A stretch of 64,000 nucleotides of DNA. Origin: Myxococcota bacterium (GTDB lineage: Bacteria; Myxococcota_A; Polyangia; Nannocystales; Nannocystaceae). Each line of letters opens with the position of its first letter. Positions within the stretch are counted from its first letter, which is position 1. Below, in pieces: positions 38,837 to 48,847 of the stretch. Location: contig JBCCHT010000015.1 of NCBI GenBank assembly GCA_039028615.1, forward strand, positions 170,981-234,980, given 5' to 3'. The notes beneath the pieces are model-generated. The model was not told where the DNA came from. It was given only the letters and a program-made list of their open reading frames with translations, and searched no databases. A program made the translations under genes and the position numbers.

Positions 38837-40390
38837 TCATTCGCCCGCGAGGGGCTGGCCGGCGGCCTGTCGGGCGAGCAGCGTGGCGATGCGGTCTTGC
38901 ACCTTGCGCGCGCGCCCAGTGTCGCTGCGTCGCAGTCCGTTGAGCAGGATGGAGAACGCGATCGGCTTGCGCCCGGGCGCACCCGCGTAGCCGGACAGGG
39001 CCGAGACCCCGTCGAGGGTGCCCGTCTTCACGCGGACCCAGCCTTCGTGCGGGGTGTCGCGCAGGCGGCTGCGGGTCGTGCCGTCGACGCCCATGATCGC
39101 CAGTGAGGCCAAGTAGTCCGGGCGCAGGCGGATGTCGTCGTAGACCGAGCCCAGCAGCGCGGTGAGCTGCGCGGGGCTGACCCGGTTGGTGTCGTACAGG
39201 CCCGAGCCGTTGCCGAGCTTCAGGCCATCGGTGGGCACGCCGCGCGACGCGAGGTGCTCGACCACGCGCCCGAGCGCGCCCTCGAAGGTGGCGGGCTTCG
39301 ACGCGACGTCGATGGTCTTGAGGATCTGCTCGGCCATGAAGTTGTTGGAGAACTTGTTGACCGAGCGGATCAGGACGCCGAGCGGGGCCGAGTTGTGGGC
39401 GGCGACGCGCTCGGCTCGGCGGGGCACCTTGCCGAACTTGATCTTGCTGCGCCCGACCTTGATGCCGTGGCGCTCGAGCATCAGCTTCCACAGCTCGCCC
39501 GCGTAGCGCGAGGGGTCGTCGACGGGATAGCGAAAGGCAGTGGCGCTGGAGTCGATGCCCAGGGTGCCGCGCAGGCCCAGCTCGATCTTGCCGTCCTTGG
39601 CCTCGTAGTCGGCCAGCAGCTTGCGGTGCCCGCCCGCCTCGGTGACGGCGCTGACCGACAGCTTGATGCCATCGACGGGCGGCGCGACGCCGGCGAAGGG
39701 CGTGCCGCCCACCGCATCGGCGGGGCGCACGTGGACCTCGAAGGTGTTGAAGTTGACGACGGTAGCTCCGCTGGGCGCCCGGTAGGCGGCCAGCTCGGTC
39801 TTCTGATCGAAGCCGGGTGGCAGCTCGTCTTGGTCGAAGGCGGTAGCGTCGACGACGATGCCCCCGGTGATGCGCTTGATGCCCCGCGCCCGCAGCTTGC
39901 CCGCGAGCTCGTAGAGGTTGGCGGTGACCAGGGCGGGGTCGCCGTTGCCCTGCAGGTACAGGTCGCCCTTGATGGTGCCCCCCGAAAGCGTGCCCTCCTT
40001 GCGATACACGCCGGTCGTGTAGCGGTGGGCGGGGCCGAGGATACCGAGCGCGGCGGCGGTGGTGACGAGCTTGACGTTGCTGGCCGGGTTCAGCGGGACG
40101 TCGTCACCCCGCTGGTACAGCACCTCGCCCGACTCGAGGTCGACGACGGAGATGCCGACCTGGGCCTCGGCGAGGAACGGGGCCGACAGCGCGTCGTCGA
40201 TGAGCTCGGTGAGGCTGGGCGAGTCCGGGGCCCGCGCCTCGGTGGCGACGGTGGTCGCGGTCGCCGAGTGGGCCTGGGCCAGGGCGGGGCGTTGGCTGGC
40301 CCCCGCGGCCAGGGCGACGGCAGCCAAGGCGAGGCCGCGCAGCAGGGCGGAGCCGCGAAGGCGGAGGGAGGTTCGGACGGGAGTGCGCAC
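38837..40390 (-). CDS. dacB: D-alanyl-D-alanine carboxypeptidase/endopeptidase (PBP4, peptidase S13)
   Basis: PASNVK (SxxK), GNGDP, SNN (SxN), NGSGL, KTGTL. Confidence 0.95.
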   Translation of the reverse strand: MRTPVRTSLRLRGSALLRGLALAAVALAAGASQRPALAQAHSATATTVATEARAPDSPSLTELIDDALSAPFLAEAQVGISVVDLESGEVLYQRGDDVPLNPASNVKLVTTAAALGILGPAHRYTTGVYRKEGTLSGGTIKGDLYLQGNGDPALVTANLYELAGKLRARGIKRITGGIVVDATAFDQDELPPGFDQKTELAAYRAPSGATVVNFNTFEVHVRPADAVGGTPFAGVAPPVDGIKLSVSAVTEAGGHRKLLADYEAKDGKIELGLRGTLGIDSSATAFRYPVDDPSRYAGELWKLMLERHGIKVGRSKIKFGKVPRRAERVAAHNSAPLGVLIRSVNKFSNNFMAEQILKTIDVASKPATFEGALGRVVEHLASRGVPTDGLKLGNGSGLYDTNRVSPAQLTALLGSVYDDIRLRPDYLASLAIMGVDGTTRSRLRDTPHEGWVRVKTGTLDGVSALSGYAGAPGRKPIAFSILLNGLRRSDTGRARKVQDRIATLLARQAAGQPLAGE

Positions 40391-40459
40391 CGTAGATCAG
40401 GCTACCCCAGCGGCCGGCATGGCCGCGAGAGGGCAGGGCCCCGGCTACGTGCGACCGCG

Positions 40460-41797
40460 TCAGTGCATTCCGAGGGGAAGCGATTGCTCGCCGTCGGTGG
40501 CGGGGACCGGCGTTCGCAGGCCGAAGGGCTCGGGCAGGCCGGCCTCTTCCGCTTCGGGCACGTCGAGGCACTCCCCGGTGGAGAGCCGATGCAGCGCCAC
40601 CGCCAGCGAGGTCTCTTCGGGATCGCCCAGGTCGCGGGTGAGATCGTCGGGCGCGGGACAGTCGACGCTCAGGCCATCGAAGTAGTTGCCGTAGTCGTCC
40701 GCGTTGAGCACCTGGAAGGTGATGGGGCGGGCGATCGAGTCGCAGAACTCGAAGTGCTTGGAGCCGACCGGCTTGCCCCCGGTGTCGTCGCCGACGATGG
40801 ACACGGGGATGTGCGCGGCCACCCCGTTGATGAGCAGCTCGCTCGCCGAGATCGAGGTCCCGGTGGTGATGAACACGACGTGGTCGACCTCGGTCAGCGA
40901 GTTGTCGAGCCGGGAGAGCGTGCGGTTGGTGTTCTCCGCCGCCAGCGCGTCGTTGTACATGACCTTGTAGGCGGTGCGCCCCTCCGCCACGCCGCCCGCG
41001 AGCAGGTGCATGAAGTGGCGGGCGACCGAGACGAGGCCGCCGCTGTTGTAGCGCAGGTCGACGACCACCTGGCGCACGTCGGCCGCCCGAAAATCACCGA
41101 AGGCGGCGTTGAGCTCTTCGGGGCCAGAGGACAGGAAGCTGGCGAAGTAGATGTAGCCGACCGGCTGCCCGTCGTGCTCGAGGATGTCGTGGAGGGGGAC
41201 GGTCTCGATGTCGATCCAGTCCTTGGTGAGCGACACGGGCAGGACCTCGCCATCGGCTTGCTCGAGCTGGATCTCGACGGTCACCCCGGGGACGTTCTCG
41301 CCGTAGATGTCGCCCCACAGCGACTCTTCGTCGATGCGCTCGACGGCGAGGCCGCCCACCGACTGCACGATGTCACCGCGGCGCATGCCGAGCGCGGACG
41401 CGGGCGAGTCGTTTTTGATCTCGGCCACGACCACGCGACCTTGGGGGTCGCGGCGCGTTCGGAAGCCGGTACCGACCTGCTTGCCCTCTTGGAACAGCGC
41501 ATTGGTGGTGACCTTGTCGGAGATACGGCTCCAGCGGTCGGGCTCGACGCGAAGGTCGGCCATGAGGGCCTGCGGCGTCTCGTACTCGAGCGGATCGACC
41601 TCCGGCATCTCGTCGGCGAACAGGTACATCCGCTGCATCAGCGAGTAGACCCACTCGTTTTGGTCGGGTATCTCGCAGCTGCGCGGGCCGGCCACGTCAA
41701 AGGGATCGTCGGGCGCACACCCGGACGACAACATCCACCCCAGCGATGCCGCGAGCACCGCCGAACTTCGCCACCAGTTTTTCATCTTCTCTGCCAT
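40460..41797 (-). CDS. S41 family peptidase lipoprotein with PDZ domain
   Basis: Lipobox SSGC; DSPA..GMRRGD (PDZ); GYIYF, DLRYNSGG, SASELLING, GGKPVG. Confidence 0.9.
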   Translation of the reverse strand: MAEKMKNWWRSSAVLAASLGWMLSSGCAPDDPFDVAGPRSCEIPDQNEWVYSLMQRMYLFADEMPEVDPLEYETPQALMADLRVEPDRWSRISDKVTTNALFQEGKQVGTGFRTRRDPQGRVVVAEIKNDSPASALGMRRGDIVQSVGGLAVERIDEESLWGDIYGENVPGVTVEIQLEQADGEVLPVSLTKDWIDIETVPLHDILEHDGQPVGYIYFASFLSSGPEELNAAFGDFRAADVRQVVVDLRYNSGGLVSVARHFMHLLAGGVAEGRTAYKVMYNDALAAENTNRTLSRLDNSLTEVDHVVFITTGTSISASELLINGVAAHIPVSIVGDDTGGKPVGSKHFEFCDSIARPITFQVLNADDYGNYFDGLSVDCPAPDDLTRDLGDPEETSLAVALHRLSTGECLDVPEAEEAGLPEPFGLRTPVPATDGEQSLPLGMH

Positions 41798-41885
41798 TAC
41801 GGTACCACGTCGATTTGCGATCGGATCCGGCAGCTGGGCCGGCGCGATTCGTTTGGGATGGATTGTCGCGGTATGCTCGTGGCCG

Positions 41886-44180
41886 ATGCGTGCAACGAGG
41901 TCTTGGCGCTCGCAGCGTCGTCGCACCGCCGCCACCCGTTGGTGCTTCGCCGGCATCATGGCGACCGGCGTGGGGCTGCACGCGGGCGTCGTGGGGGCAG
42001 CGGGACCCACTGACGACGGCCCGACCGCGCTGCGGCCCGCGGACCTTCGCGTGGCGAACGTGCAGGCTCTGCCGCTTTCGGCCGATCTCGCCGGGGGCAC
42101 GGTCGAGCGACGCGAGCTGTCGATGGATGGCCTCCTGGTTCGCGGAGCGTACGAAGTCGTGCGGACCGATCCGGGCGGCCACACCGAAATGATGTCGTCC
42201 CGCTACCCGAGCGCGACTCCGCAGCTGCGTCCGGCCGATGCCCGCATCGACGCTGTGGCGGTGCCGGGCCTCATCGCGGCCAGCCGCGCCATGGGAGACG
42301 AGCCGCAGCTCGAGGAGCCGCCGCAGCTGGTCTACCTGATGATGCTGGGCCAGCCGGTGCTGGCGTGGGAGGCCCAGGCCGAGCTGACCCTGTTCCCCGA
42401 GCCCTCGCGTCGCACCTACTGGATCAGCGCCGCGACCGGTCGGGTGCTCGAGGAGGTCGAGCAGGTCCGCACCAGCCGGGCCCGGATCTTCGCCGAGAAC
42501 CCCTCCATCACCCCGGAGCCCATCGAGCTCGAGCTCATCGACCTCGATGTCGACGAGGCGGGGCACCCGCTGGTCGGCGACCGGGTGCAGGCCTTCAACT
42601 GCCTGGGGGTCGAGACCGCCGAGGTCTCGCCGTGGTGGGACGAAAACGAGTGCTGGCCGCTCCAGACCGTGTTCTCCGACGAAAACGGCGACTTCTTCGT
42701 CGACCTGCCCGACGTGGTGCAGATCGAGGACAACATCGACGGCCAGGACCGCTACGCCGAGCTTTCGATGTACGTGCACAGCGAGATCTTCCTCGCCACC
42801 ATGCGCGACAACGGCGTCGAGGAGTTCAAGTGCGAGTTCGCCTCGATGCTGGCCAACGTCCGCACCTTCGAGGACGGCGCGCCCGACTACAGCCCGCTCA
42901 ACAACGCCTTCTACACCAACCAGTGTGATCCCGAGCGCGGGCCCACGATGATGTTCGGGCAGGGCTCGGAGGTCGACTTCGGCTACGACGCGGACGTCAT
43001 CTATCACGAGCTCGGCCACGGCATGGTGGCGCTGTTGGCCCCCGAGGGGCTGTCCGGGCGACGGCTGCGGTCGGATGGCTCGCTGGTCGACGCGTCGGGC
43101 ATGAACGAGGCGCTGGCCGACTACTTCTCGGTCATGGTCACCGACGACCCGCACCTGGCCGACTACGTCGGGCGGTTCTGGTCGGCCACGGGCCGGCCCT
43201 TCATTCGCGACGCCGAGAACGACAAGACCTGTCCCAACGACACGGTGGGGCAGGTGCACAACGACGGCGAGCCGTTCATGGCCGCGCTGTGGGCCACGCG
43301 CAAGCGCCTCGATGACGACGGCGTGCGGGCGCTGGACCGGGCGGTGATCGAGGCGCTCATGCGCATGGCTCCCGACTCGTCGCTCGAGGAGGGCGCAGCG
43401 CTGGTCATCGAGATGGCCGAGCGCGCTCAGCTCGAGGGCGGGCTCGACTCCGACGCGGTCGACCTTTTGCGGCGCTCGTTCGATGCCCGGGGGCTCATCG
43501 ACTGCCCGCGGGTCATCACCGATCCGCGCGAGGTGAGGGACGGGCGCAGCATCTATCTGCGGCGCATGGACGCGGCGGTCCATCCCTTCTATCCGGGGCC
43601 GATGCAGCTGCGCTACGAGGTCCCGGCCGACGCCGACGACATGGTGATGACCTTCGCCCTGCGACCGCGCGGATCCTCGGATCCGGTCGAGGCCACGGTG
43701 CTGGTCAAGCACGGCGACGAGCCCATCTCCTACGAGTATCAGCTGGTGTCGGTGGACGACCCTCCGCTGGAGCCCCCCGAAGAAGGCGAGGACCCGGGGG
43801 ACCCCGTGCGCGAGCTGGTGCTCGTGACGGGCGACTGGGACGTCGAGCTGACGCCCTTCGAGGTCACCGAGAGCGATTACATCGTGGAGCTGGGCGGGCT
43901 CGAGCCGGGCGAGGTGGTGCACGTGGCGCTGGCGAACATCAGCCCCACCGAGGCCATCGCGTCCAGTTTCATGATTCGGTCGTCGACCGAGCTGCCCTCG
44001 GACGACGAAGGCACGGGCACGGACGGCGGCTCGGAGACGGGTGTGCCCGCGGCGGTGGACGAGGTCGACGCGGAAATCGGGCAAGCGAGCTGCGCCTGTC
44101 GGGGCTCGGGCTCGGTGCCCGCGGGCGCCTGGTGGGCCGCGCTGCCTTTGCTCGCGCTGCGACGGAGGCGACGGGCATGA
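41886..44180 (+). CDS. M36/M4-type zinc metallopeptidase with PepSY-like propeptide and MYXO-CTERM sorting tail
   Basis: YWISAATGRVL; NNAFY; DVIYHELGH; NEALADYF; GQVHNDG; C-terminal SCAC...hydrophobic...RRRRR. Confidence 0.88.
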   Translation: MRATRSWRSQRRRTAATRWCFAGIMATGVGLHAGVVGAAGPTDDGPTALRPADLRVANVQALPLSADLAGGTVERRELSMDGLLVRGAYEVVRTDPGGHTEMMSSRYPSATPQLRPADARIDAVAVPGLIAASRAMGDEPQLEEPPQLVYLMMLGQPVLAWEAQAELTLFPEPSRRTYWISAATGRVLEEVEQVRTSRARIFAENPSITPEPIELELIDLDVDEAGHPLVGDRVQAFNCLGVETAEVSPWWDENECWPLQTVFSDENGDFFVDLPDVVQIEDNIDGQDRYAELSMYVHSEIFLATMRDNGVEEFKCEFASMLANVRTFEDGAPDYSPLNNAFYTNQCDPERGPTMMFGQGSEVDFGYDADVIYHELGHGMVALLAPEGLSGRRLRSDGSLVDASGMNEALADYFSVMVTDDPHLADYVGRFWSATGRPFIRDAENDKTCPNDTVGQVHNDGEPFMAALWATRKRLDDDGVRALDRAVIEALMRMAPDSSLEEGAALVIEMAERAQLEGGLDSDAVDLLRRSFDARGLIDCPRVITDPREVRDGRSIYLRRMDAAVHPFYPGPMQLRYEVPADADDMVMTFALRPRGSSDPVEATVLVKHGDEPISYEYQLVSVDDPPLEPPEEGEDPGDPVRELVLVTGDWDVELTPFEVTESDYIVELGGLEPGEVVHVALANISPTEAIASSFMIRSSTELPSDDEGTGTDGGSETGVPAAVDEVDAEIGQASCACRGSGSVPAGAWWAALPLLALRRRRRA

Positions 44181-44752
44181 AGGGCCTGGTCCGGCTGGCG
44201 CGGGCGCTGTGCGTGCTCGCGCTGGGGGTGATCATCGTGGCGCCCAACCTGCCGAAGGAGTGGATCGGAGACTGGCCCTCCACCATCGTCAGCTACGGCC
44301 GCAAGGTCAGCTTCGTGCAGCGCTGGAAGATGTACGCGCCCAACCCCCAGCGGGCGCAGACGTACATGAACCTCACCGCTCACTTCGCCGACGGCAGCAC
44401 GGCCGACCTCGAGGAGACCCTCCAAGAGCGCGACGGCTGGGGCCGCACCTTCGCCTGGAACAAGACCCGGGTCGACATCTGGCGGCACTACGCCAACTTC
44501 AATCCCAAGCGCGCCAACGATCATCGCAAGTGGTACCTGCGAGCGGTGTGCGTTCGCGAGGCGCGACGCGGCCGGATGCCCGACAAGATCGTGATGGAGC
44601 AGGTGACCCGTCGCTTCGCCCCGCCCGACAAGGTCGCAGCCGGTCGGCGCGGCCTGGGCCGTCCCCGACGACGCCTGGTGACCGTGGGCTACTGCAAGGT
44701 CAAGCGCGTCCGCGACATGCTCGAGGCCGATCCCGTCCTGGCCCAGGGCTAG
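44177..44752 (+). CDS. SdpA/DUF5819-like membrane-anchored partner of HTTM proteins
   Basis: ATGA overlap with the peptidase stop; N-terminal TM; QRWKMYAPNP motif; two extracytoplasmic Cys. Confidence 0.7.
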   Translation: MKGLVRLARALCVLALGVIIVAPNLPKEWIGDWPSTIVSYGRKVSFVQRWKMYAPNPQRAQTYMNLTAHFADGSTADLEETLQERDGWGRTFAWNKTRVDIWRHYANFNPKRANDHRKWYLRAVCVREARRGRMPDKIVMEQVTRRFAPPDKVAAGRRGLGRPRRRLVTVGYCKVKRVRDMLEADPVLAQG

Positions 44753-44789
44753 CCCCGCCTGCGGCCATACCTGCTACGCTTCCCCGCCC

Positions 44790-45848
44790 GTGCGCGCCCT
44801 TTGGTCCCAGCTCGACCGCCTGATCGGCCGGGCCATGCTCGACGAGGAGGACCCCACCGCCCTCGGCCTGTGCCGCATCGTGGTGGTGGGGATCATGACC
44901 GCGAGCATGCTGACCCACGTGGGCGCGGTCTCGGACTACTTCTCGAGCCACGCCCTGCTCAACGGCGAGGCCGCCCGCGAGGCCTTCCACTCCCGCTGGT
45001 CGATCTTCTTCACCTTCGACGAGCCCTGGCAGGTCCGCACGATCTTCGCGGTGGGGGTGGTGGCGCACCTTCTGTGGCTGGTCGGGCTGTTCACCCGCGT
45101 GGCCTCGTTCATCGCGTGGGGGGTATGGATCAGCATGGTGGGGCGTCAGCCGCTGCTGTACGCGCTGCCCGACCAACTGCACACGGCCCTCATCACCGTG
45201 ATGATGATCCTACCCGCGGGGCGAGGCCTGAGCCTCGACGCGCGCTGGCGAGGCAAGCGACGCCCCGTGCCCGTGTGGTGCCGTCGGCTGGTGCAGCTGC
45301 AGATCGCGGTCGTGTACGTGTCCACCGGGGCGCTCAAGAGCGGGGCGACCTGGCGGGACCAGGGCACCGCCATCTACTACACGCTGCTCAACCCCTATAA
45401 CCGGCACTTCGTGATGGACTCGTGGCTAGCCTCCATCCAGCCGTGGATCCTGCGCCCCGCCACGTGGGCCACGGTGGTCTGGGAGGTCGGGTTCGGGGGC
45501 TTCGTCGTGCTGCACTGGCTGCGCGAGATGCTGGGGCGGCCGCGTCGCTTTCCCGACCTGCGCAAGATCTTCCTGACCTTCGGGGTGCTGATGCACGGCG
45601 GCATCCAGGTGCTGCTGTACGTGGAGTGGTTCACCCCGCTGATGATCGCCTCGTACACCGCGTTCCTGACCCCAGACGAGGTCACGCGGGTAGGGGCGTG
45701 GTTGCGACGGCGCCGGGGCGGGGCCCCGAGCGAGGCGGCCCCTGATTCGCCCGACGACGCGGCGGCGGACGAACGCGGGGCCGAGCCAGCCGAAGACGAG
45801 CCGGCAGCGGCCGAATCCGAAGCCTCCGACGACCCGCCCTCGTCGTAG
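44790..45848 (+). CDS. HTTM domain protein (vitamin K-dependent gamma-carboxylase/SdpB-like)
   Basis: LGLCRI, GLFTR, LSLDA, QLQIAVVYVSTGALK...W...G, TWATVVWE, GVLMHGGI. Confidence 0.88.
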   Translation: MRALWSQLDRLIGRAMLDEEDPTALGLCRIVVVGIMTASMLTHVGAVSDYFSSHALLNGEAAREAFHSRWSIFFTFDEPWQVRTIFAVGVVAHLLWLVGLFTRVASFIAWGVWISMVGRQPLLYALPDQLHTALITVMMILPAGRGLSLDARWRGKRRPVPVWCRRLVQLQIAVVYVSTGALKSGATWRDQGTAIYYTLLNPYNRHFVMDSWLASIQPWILRPATWATVVWEVGFGGFVVLHWLREMLGRPRRFPDLRKIFLTFGVLMHGGIQVLLYVEWFTPLMIASYTAFLTPDEVTRVGAWLRRRRGGAPSEAAPDSPDDAAADERGAEPAEDEPAAAESEASDDPPSS

Positions 45849-45886
45849 CTTCGCCGCGGCACCGACTGGTCTACGATGCGGGCCTC

Positions 45887-46144
45887 GTGTCCGCCTCCAC
45901 CCCGGCCCGACGCACGCTCGGCGTGATGCTCGTCGTTCTCGTCGTCCTGCACGTGCTGCCGGTCCCAGGCGACCCCAGCTGGACCCTGGCCGGGTTCTTG
46001 CCCTGGGACCTGGCCTATCACCTGCTGTGGATGGCCGCCGCGACGGTGGTGGTGCTGTACATGACCGGCCCCGCCTGGCCCGAGGAAGCGCCGCCGCAGC
46101 GGCAGCCGCCGCTGTCCTCCGACGAAGGGGGAGGGGACGCATGA
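45887..46144 (+). CDS. Small 2-TM membrane protein (DUF3311-like) accompanying the SSS transporter
   Basis: Two TM helices, LAGFLPWDLAY; ATGA overlap with the symporter. Confidence 0.7.
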   Translation: MSASTPARRTLGVMLVVLVVLHVLPVPGDPSWTLAGFLPWDLAYHLLWMAAATVVVLYMTGPAWPEEAPPQRQPPLSSDEGGGDA

Positions 46145-47619
46145 GCCTGCCGATGACCCTGCTGACGGTGTGCCTCGTCTACCTGGCGGTGGTGGCCGTG
46201 ATCGGGGCGGTGGCCTATCGGCGCACGGGGAGCAGTTCCGAGGAGTACTTCCTCGGCGGACGCACGGCGCGGACGGTGGTGGTGTTCATGGCCCTGCTGG
46301 GCACCAACGTCACCCCCTTCGTGATCATGGGCATCCCCGGGCTCGCCTATCACCACGGGGTGGGGGTCTTCGGGCTCAATGCCGCGATCGTGGCGCTGGG
46401 CATCCCGTGGACCTTCTACATGATCGGGTGGCCCGCCTGGAAAGCGGCGCGACGCGTGGGCGCCCTGACGCCGGCCGAGCTGTTCGCCGAGCGCCTCGCC
46501 AGCCCCGGCCTGGGGGTGGTGCTCTTCATCGCCTTCGTGGTCTACACGCTGCCCTACCTGGTGACCTCGGTGCTCGGGGTGGGCATCGCGGTGAGCGTGC
46601 TGACCCGCGACGCGGTGTCCTTCGAACTGGCCGCGGCGCTGATCTTGGTGGTCACCATCGCCTACACGGCCACGGGCGGGATGAAGGCCACGATGTGGAC
46701 CAACGTCTTTCAGGGCTCGGTGTTCCTCGGGCTGATGGTGGTGGCGTTCTTCGGCGTCGCCGAGGGCCTCGGCGGGTTCTCGGCCGCGACCGAGGCGGTG
46801 CGTCAGGCCGCGCCCGAGCTGCTCACCAAGGGCGACCGACCGCCCTTTGCCCCGGGGGCCTGGGCCTCCTGGGGCCTGGCCATCTCGCTGACGGTCATCG
46901 CCTTCCCCCACATGCTGGTGCGGATCTTCGCTGCGCGCGACGTCGCGGCGCTCAAGAACACCTGCCGGCTCTACCCCCCGATCCTCGTGCTGCTGTGGCT
47001 GCCTGCGGTGATGTTCGGCGTGTGGGGAGCGGCCGCCATCCCGGGCCTCGAGGGGCGAGCCTCGGATCAGATCTTTCCACTTCTCGTCCAGGCTCATTTG
47101 GAGCCCGTGCTGCAGGGCGTGGCGCTGGCCGGGGTGCTCGCCGCAGTGATGTCCACCATCGACGCCCAGTTCCTGACCCTGGGTTCGATGCTCAGCCGTG
47201 ACGTGGTGCGCCGCCTGGCGCCCGACATCGAGGACCGCCACGAGGTCGCCTGGGGCCGGGCGTTCGTCCTGCTGCTGGCGGTGGCGACCTACGGCGTCGT
47301 GCTCTGGCGGCCCGCCTCGATCTTCGACATCGCGACCTTCTCCTTTTCGGGATACGTGATGTTGGTGCCGACGATGATGGGGGCGTTGCACTGGCGGCGG
47401 ACCACCGCGGTAGGGGCGATCGCCTCCATCGTGGCCGGCAATGCGGTGCTGCTATTGACCATGGCCCGCGACCAGCCACTGGGCGGCCTATTGCCGGTCG
47501 CGTGGGGGCTGGCCGCCGCTATCGTGGCTCTGGTGGCGGGCTCTTTGCTGTCGCGACCGCCTCGGCGTGCCGTCATCGACCGCGCAATGGGCCCGGTCGA
47601 GCCTTCCGGGGCCCCGTAA
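46141..47619 (+). CDS. Sodium:solute symporter (SSS) family protein
   Basis: EEYFLGGR, GIPGLAY, YTATGGMKATMWTNVFQ, PHM, LAAVMSTID. Confidence 0.93.
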   Translation: MSLPMTLLTVCLVYLAVVAVIGAVAYRRTGSSSEEYFLGGRTARTVVVFMALLGTNVTPFVIMGIPGLAYHHGVGVFGLNAAIVALGIPWTFYMIGWPAWKAARRVGALTPAELFAERLASPGLGVVLFIAFVVYTLPYLVTSVLGVGIAVSVLTRDAVSFELAAALILVVTIAYTATGGMKATMWTNVFQGSVFLGLMVVAFFGVAEGLGGFSAATEAVRQAAPELLTKGDRPPFAPGAWASWGLAISLTVIAFPHMLVRIFAARDVAALKNTCRLYPPILVLLWLPAVMFGVWGAAAIPGLEGRASDQIFPLLVQAHLEPVLQGVALAGVLAAVMSTIDAQFLTLGSMLSRDVVRRLAPDIEDRHEVAWGRAFVLLLAVATYGVVLWRPASIFDIATFSFSGYVMLVPTMMGALHWRRTTAVGAIASIVAGNAVLLLTMARDQPLGGLLPVAWGLAAAIVALVAGSLLSRPPRRAVIDRAMGPVEPSGAP

Positions 47620-47666
47620 TTGACGGTGCGCTACCGCCTTGGAGTGTCCTACACTTTCGGGCGAGC

Positions 47667-48629
47667 ATGGCGAAGTTGCTAGAGTACAACGCGACTCTTG
47701 TCGAACGTGTCGACATAGAGCCGGCATTATCGATCTTCAAGGTCAAGCCGGACTCGATCGTTCGCAAGGGTGAAGCGGATGACCCTTGGTTCATCCCCGG
47801 GCAGTATCTGACCATCGGTCTCAACCGAGAGGAGAGCGAAGGCGAGGACGACCCGCGACCCGTCTCGGTGCGGCGCCCGATGTCCATCGCCTCCGCGCCC
47901 GAAGAGGGAGAGATAGCGGAGTTCTACATCCGCTACGTCAATCATCCCGAGTCGGACCTTCCGCTGACGCATCTCATCTGGAAGATCCAAGAGGGCGCGC
48001 GGATGTTCTGCCGCCCCGCGGCGGTGGGCAAGTTCACGCTGCACGACACCATCGGGGCCGACGACCCTCGACTCAAGGTGTTCGTGGCGGCGGGCACCGG
48101 GCTCGCGCCGTTCATCAGCATGGCGCGCAGCAAGATCCTTCGCGACCCCAACGCTCGGCTCGACGACATGGCCATCCTGCACGGGGCGAGCTACTCCAAG
48201 AGTCTCGGCTACCGCGAGGAGCTCGAGCGGCTGTCGAAGGAACGCGGCCTGCGCTACGTGCCGACCATCAGCCGCCCCAAGGAAGAGCCCGACTGGGACG
48301 GCGCCACGGGGCGGGTCGAGGCGTTGTTCGAGCCCGATCGCATCGAGGACACCGAGGCCCGCCTGGGTCTCGAGGCCGGGGCGATCAACCCGAAGAGCGC
48401 CGCCATCCTCATCTGCGGCCTGCAGGGGACCATCGCCAACACCATCTTGCACACCATCCCGCGGGGCTTCGTGCCCGACCACCGCAGGATTCGGCGGGCG
48501 CTCGACGTCGACGACTCGCGCGACGCCACCTTGTTCTGGGAGCAGTACGACAGCACGCCCGTGCTCGACACCAAGGACGAGGCGCTCATGGCCAAGCTGA
48601 AGGCTCAGCTGGCCGCCGCCTTGGGCTGA
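47667..48629 (+). CDS. Ferredoxin--NADP+ reductase-like FAD/NAD(P)-binding oxidoreductase
   Basis: FIPGQY, RRPMSIAS, AAGTGLAPF, ICG, WEQY. Confidence 0.88.
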   Translation: MAKLLEYNATLVERVDIEPALSIFKVKPDSIVRKGEADDPWFIPGQYLTIGLNREESEGEDDPRPVSVRRPMSIASAPEEGEIAEFYIRYVNHPESDLPLTHLIWKIQEGARMFCRPAAVGKFTLHDTIGADDPRLKVFVAAGTGLAPFISMARSKILRDPNARLDDMAILHGASYSKSLGYREELERLSKERGLRYVPTISRPKEEPDWDGATGRVEALFEPDRIEDTEARLGLEAGAINPKSAAILICGLQGTIANTILHTIPRGFVPDHRRIRRALDVDDSRDATLFWEQYDSTPVLDTKDEALMAKLKAQLAAALG

Positions 48630-48847
48630 GCGAAGTCGGTGGGCCGTGAGAGGCCCACCGCGCGGACGCACGCCGGGACGGGCGTGTGTCGTTGATGTCG
48701 TAGCCGCGGTTACGTGGATTCGGTCTCCTGACGACCGAGCGCGGCCGGATGAATGGTTTTGCCCGAGCTGGGGCACTCCAATTCATGGCGGCTCACCAAC
48801 CATGCTCGTGCGTCGCCGATCTCCATCGATGGGGGAGGAACGACATC

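Noticed and set aside
39254..44084. Very long antisense ORFs (e.g. 39254..42013 +, 41697..44084 -; likewise 29417..31750 and 50786..52501)
   Set aside because: Shadow frames of real genes, expected at high GC; they show no motifs and lie opposite genes with clear family motifs.
47620..47655. TTGACG...TACACT promoter before the FNR-like gene
   Set aside because: The spacer is about 24 nt, too long for a single sigma70 promoter.
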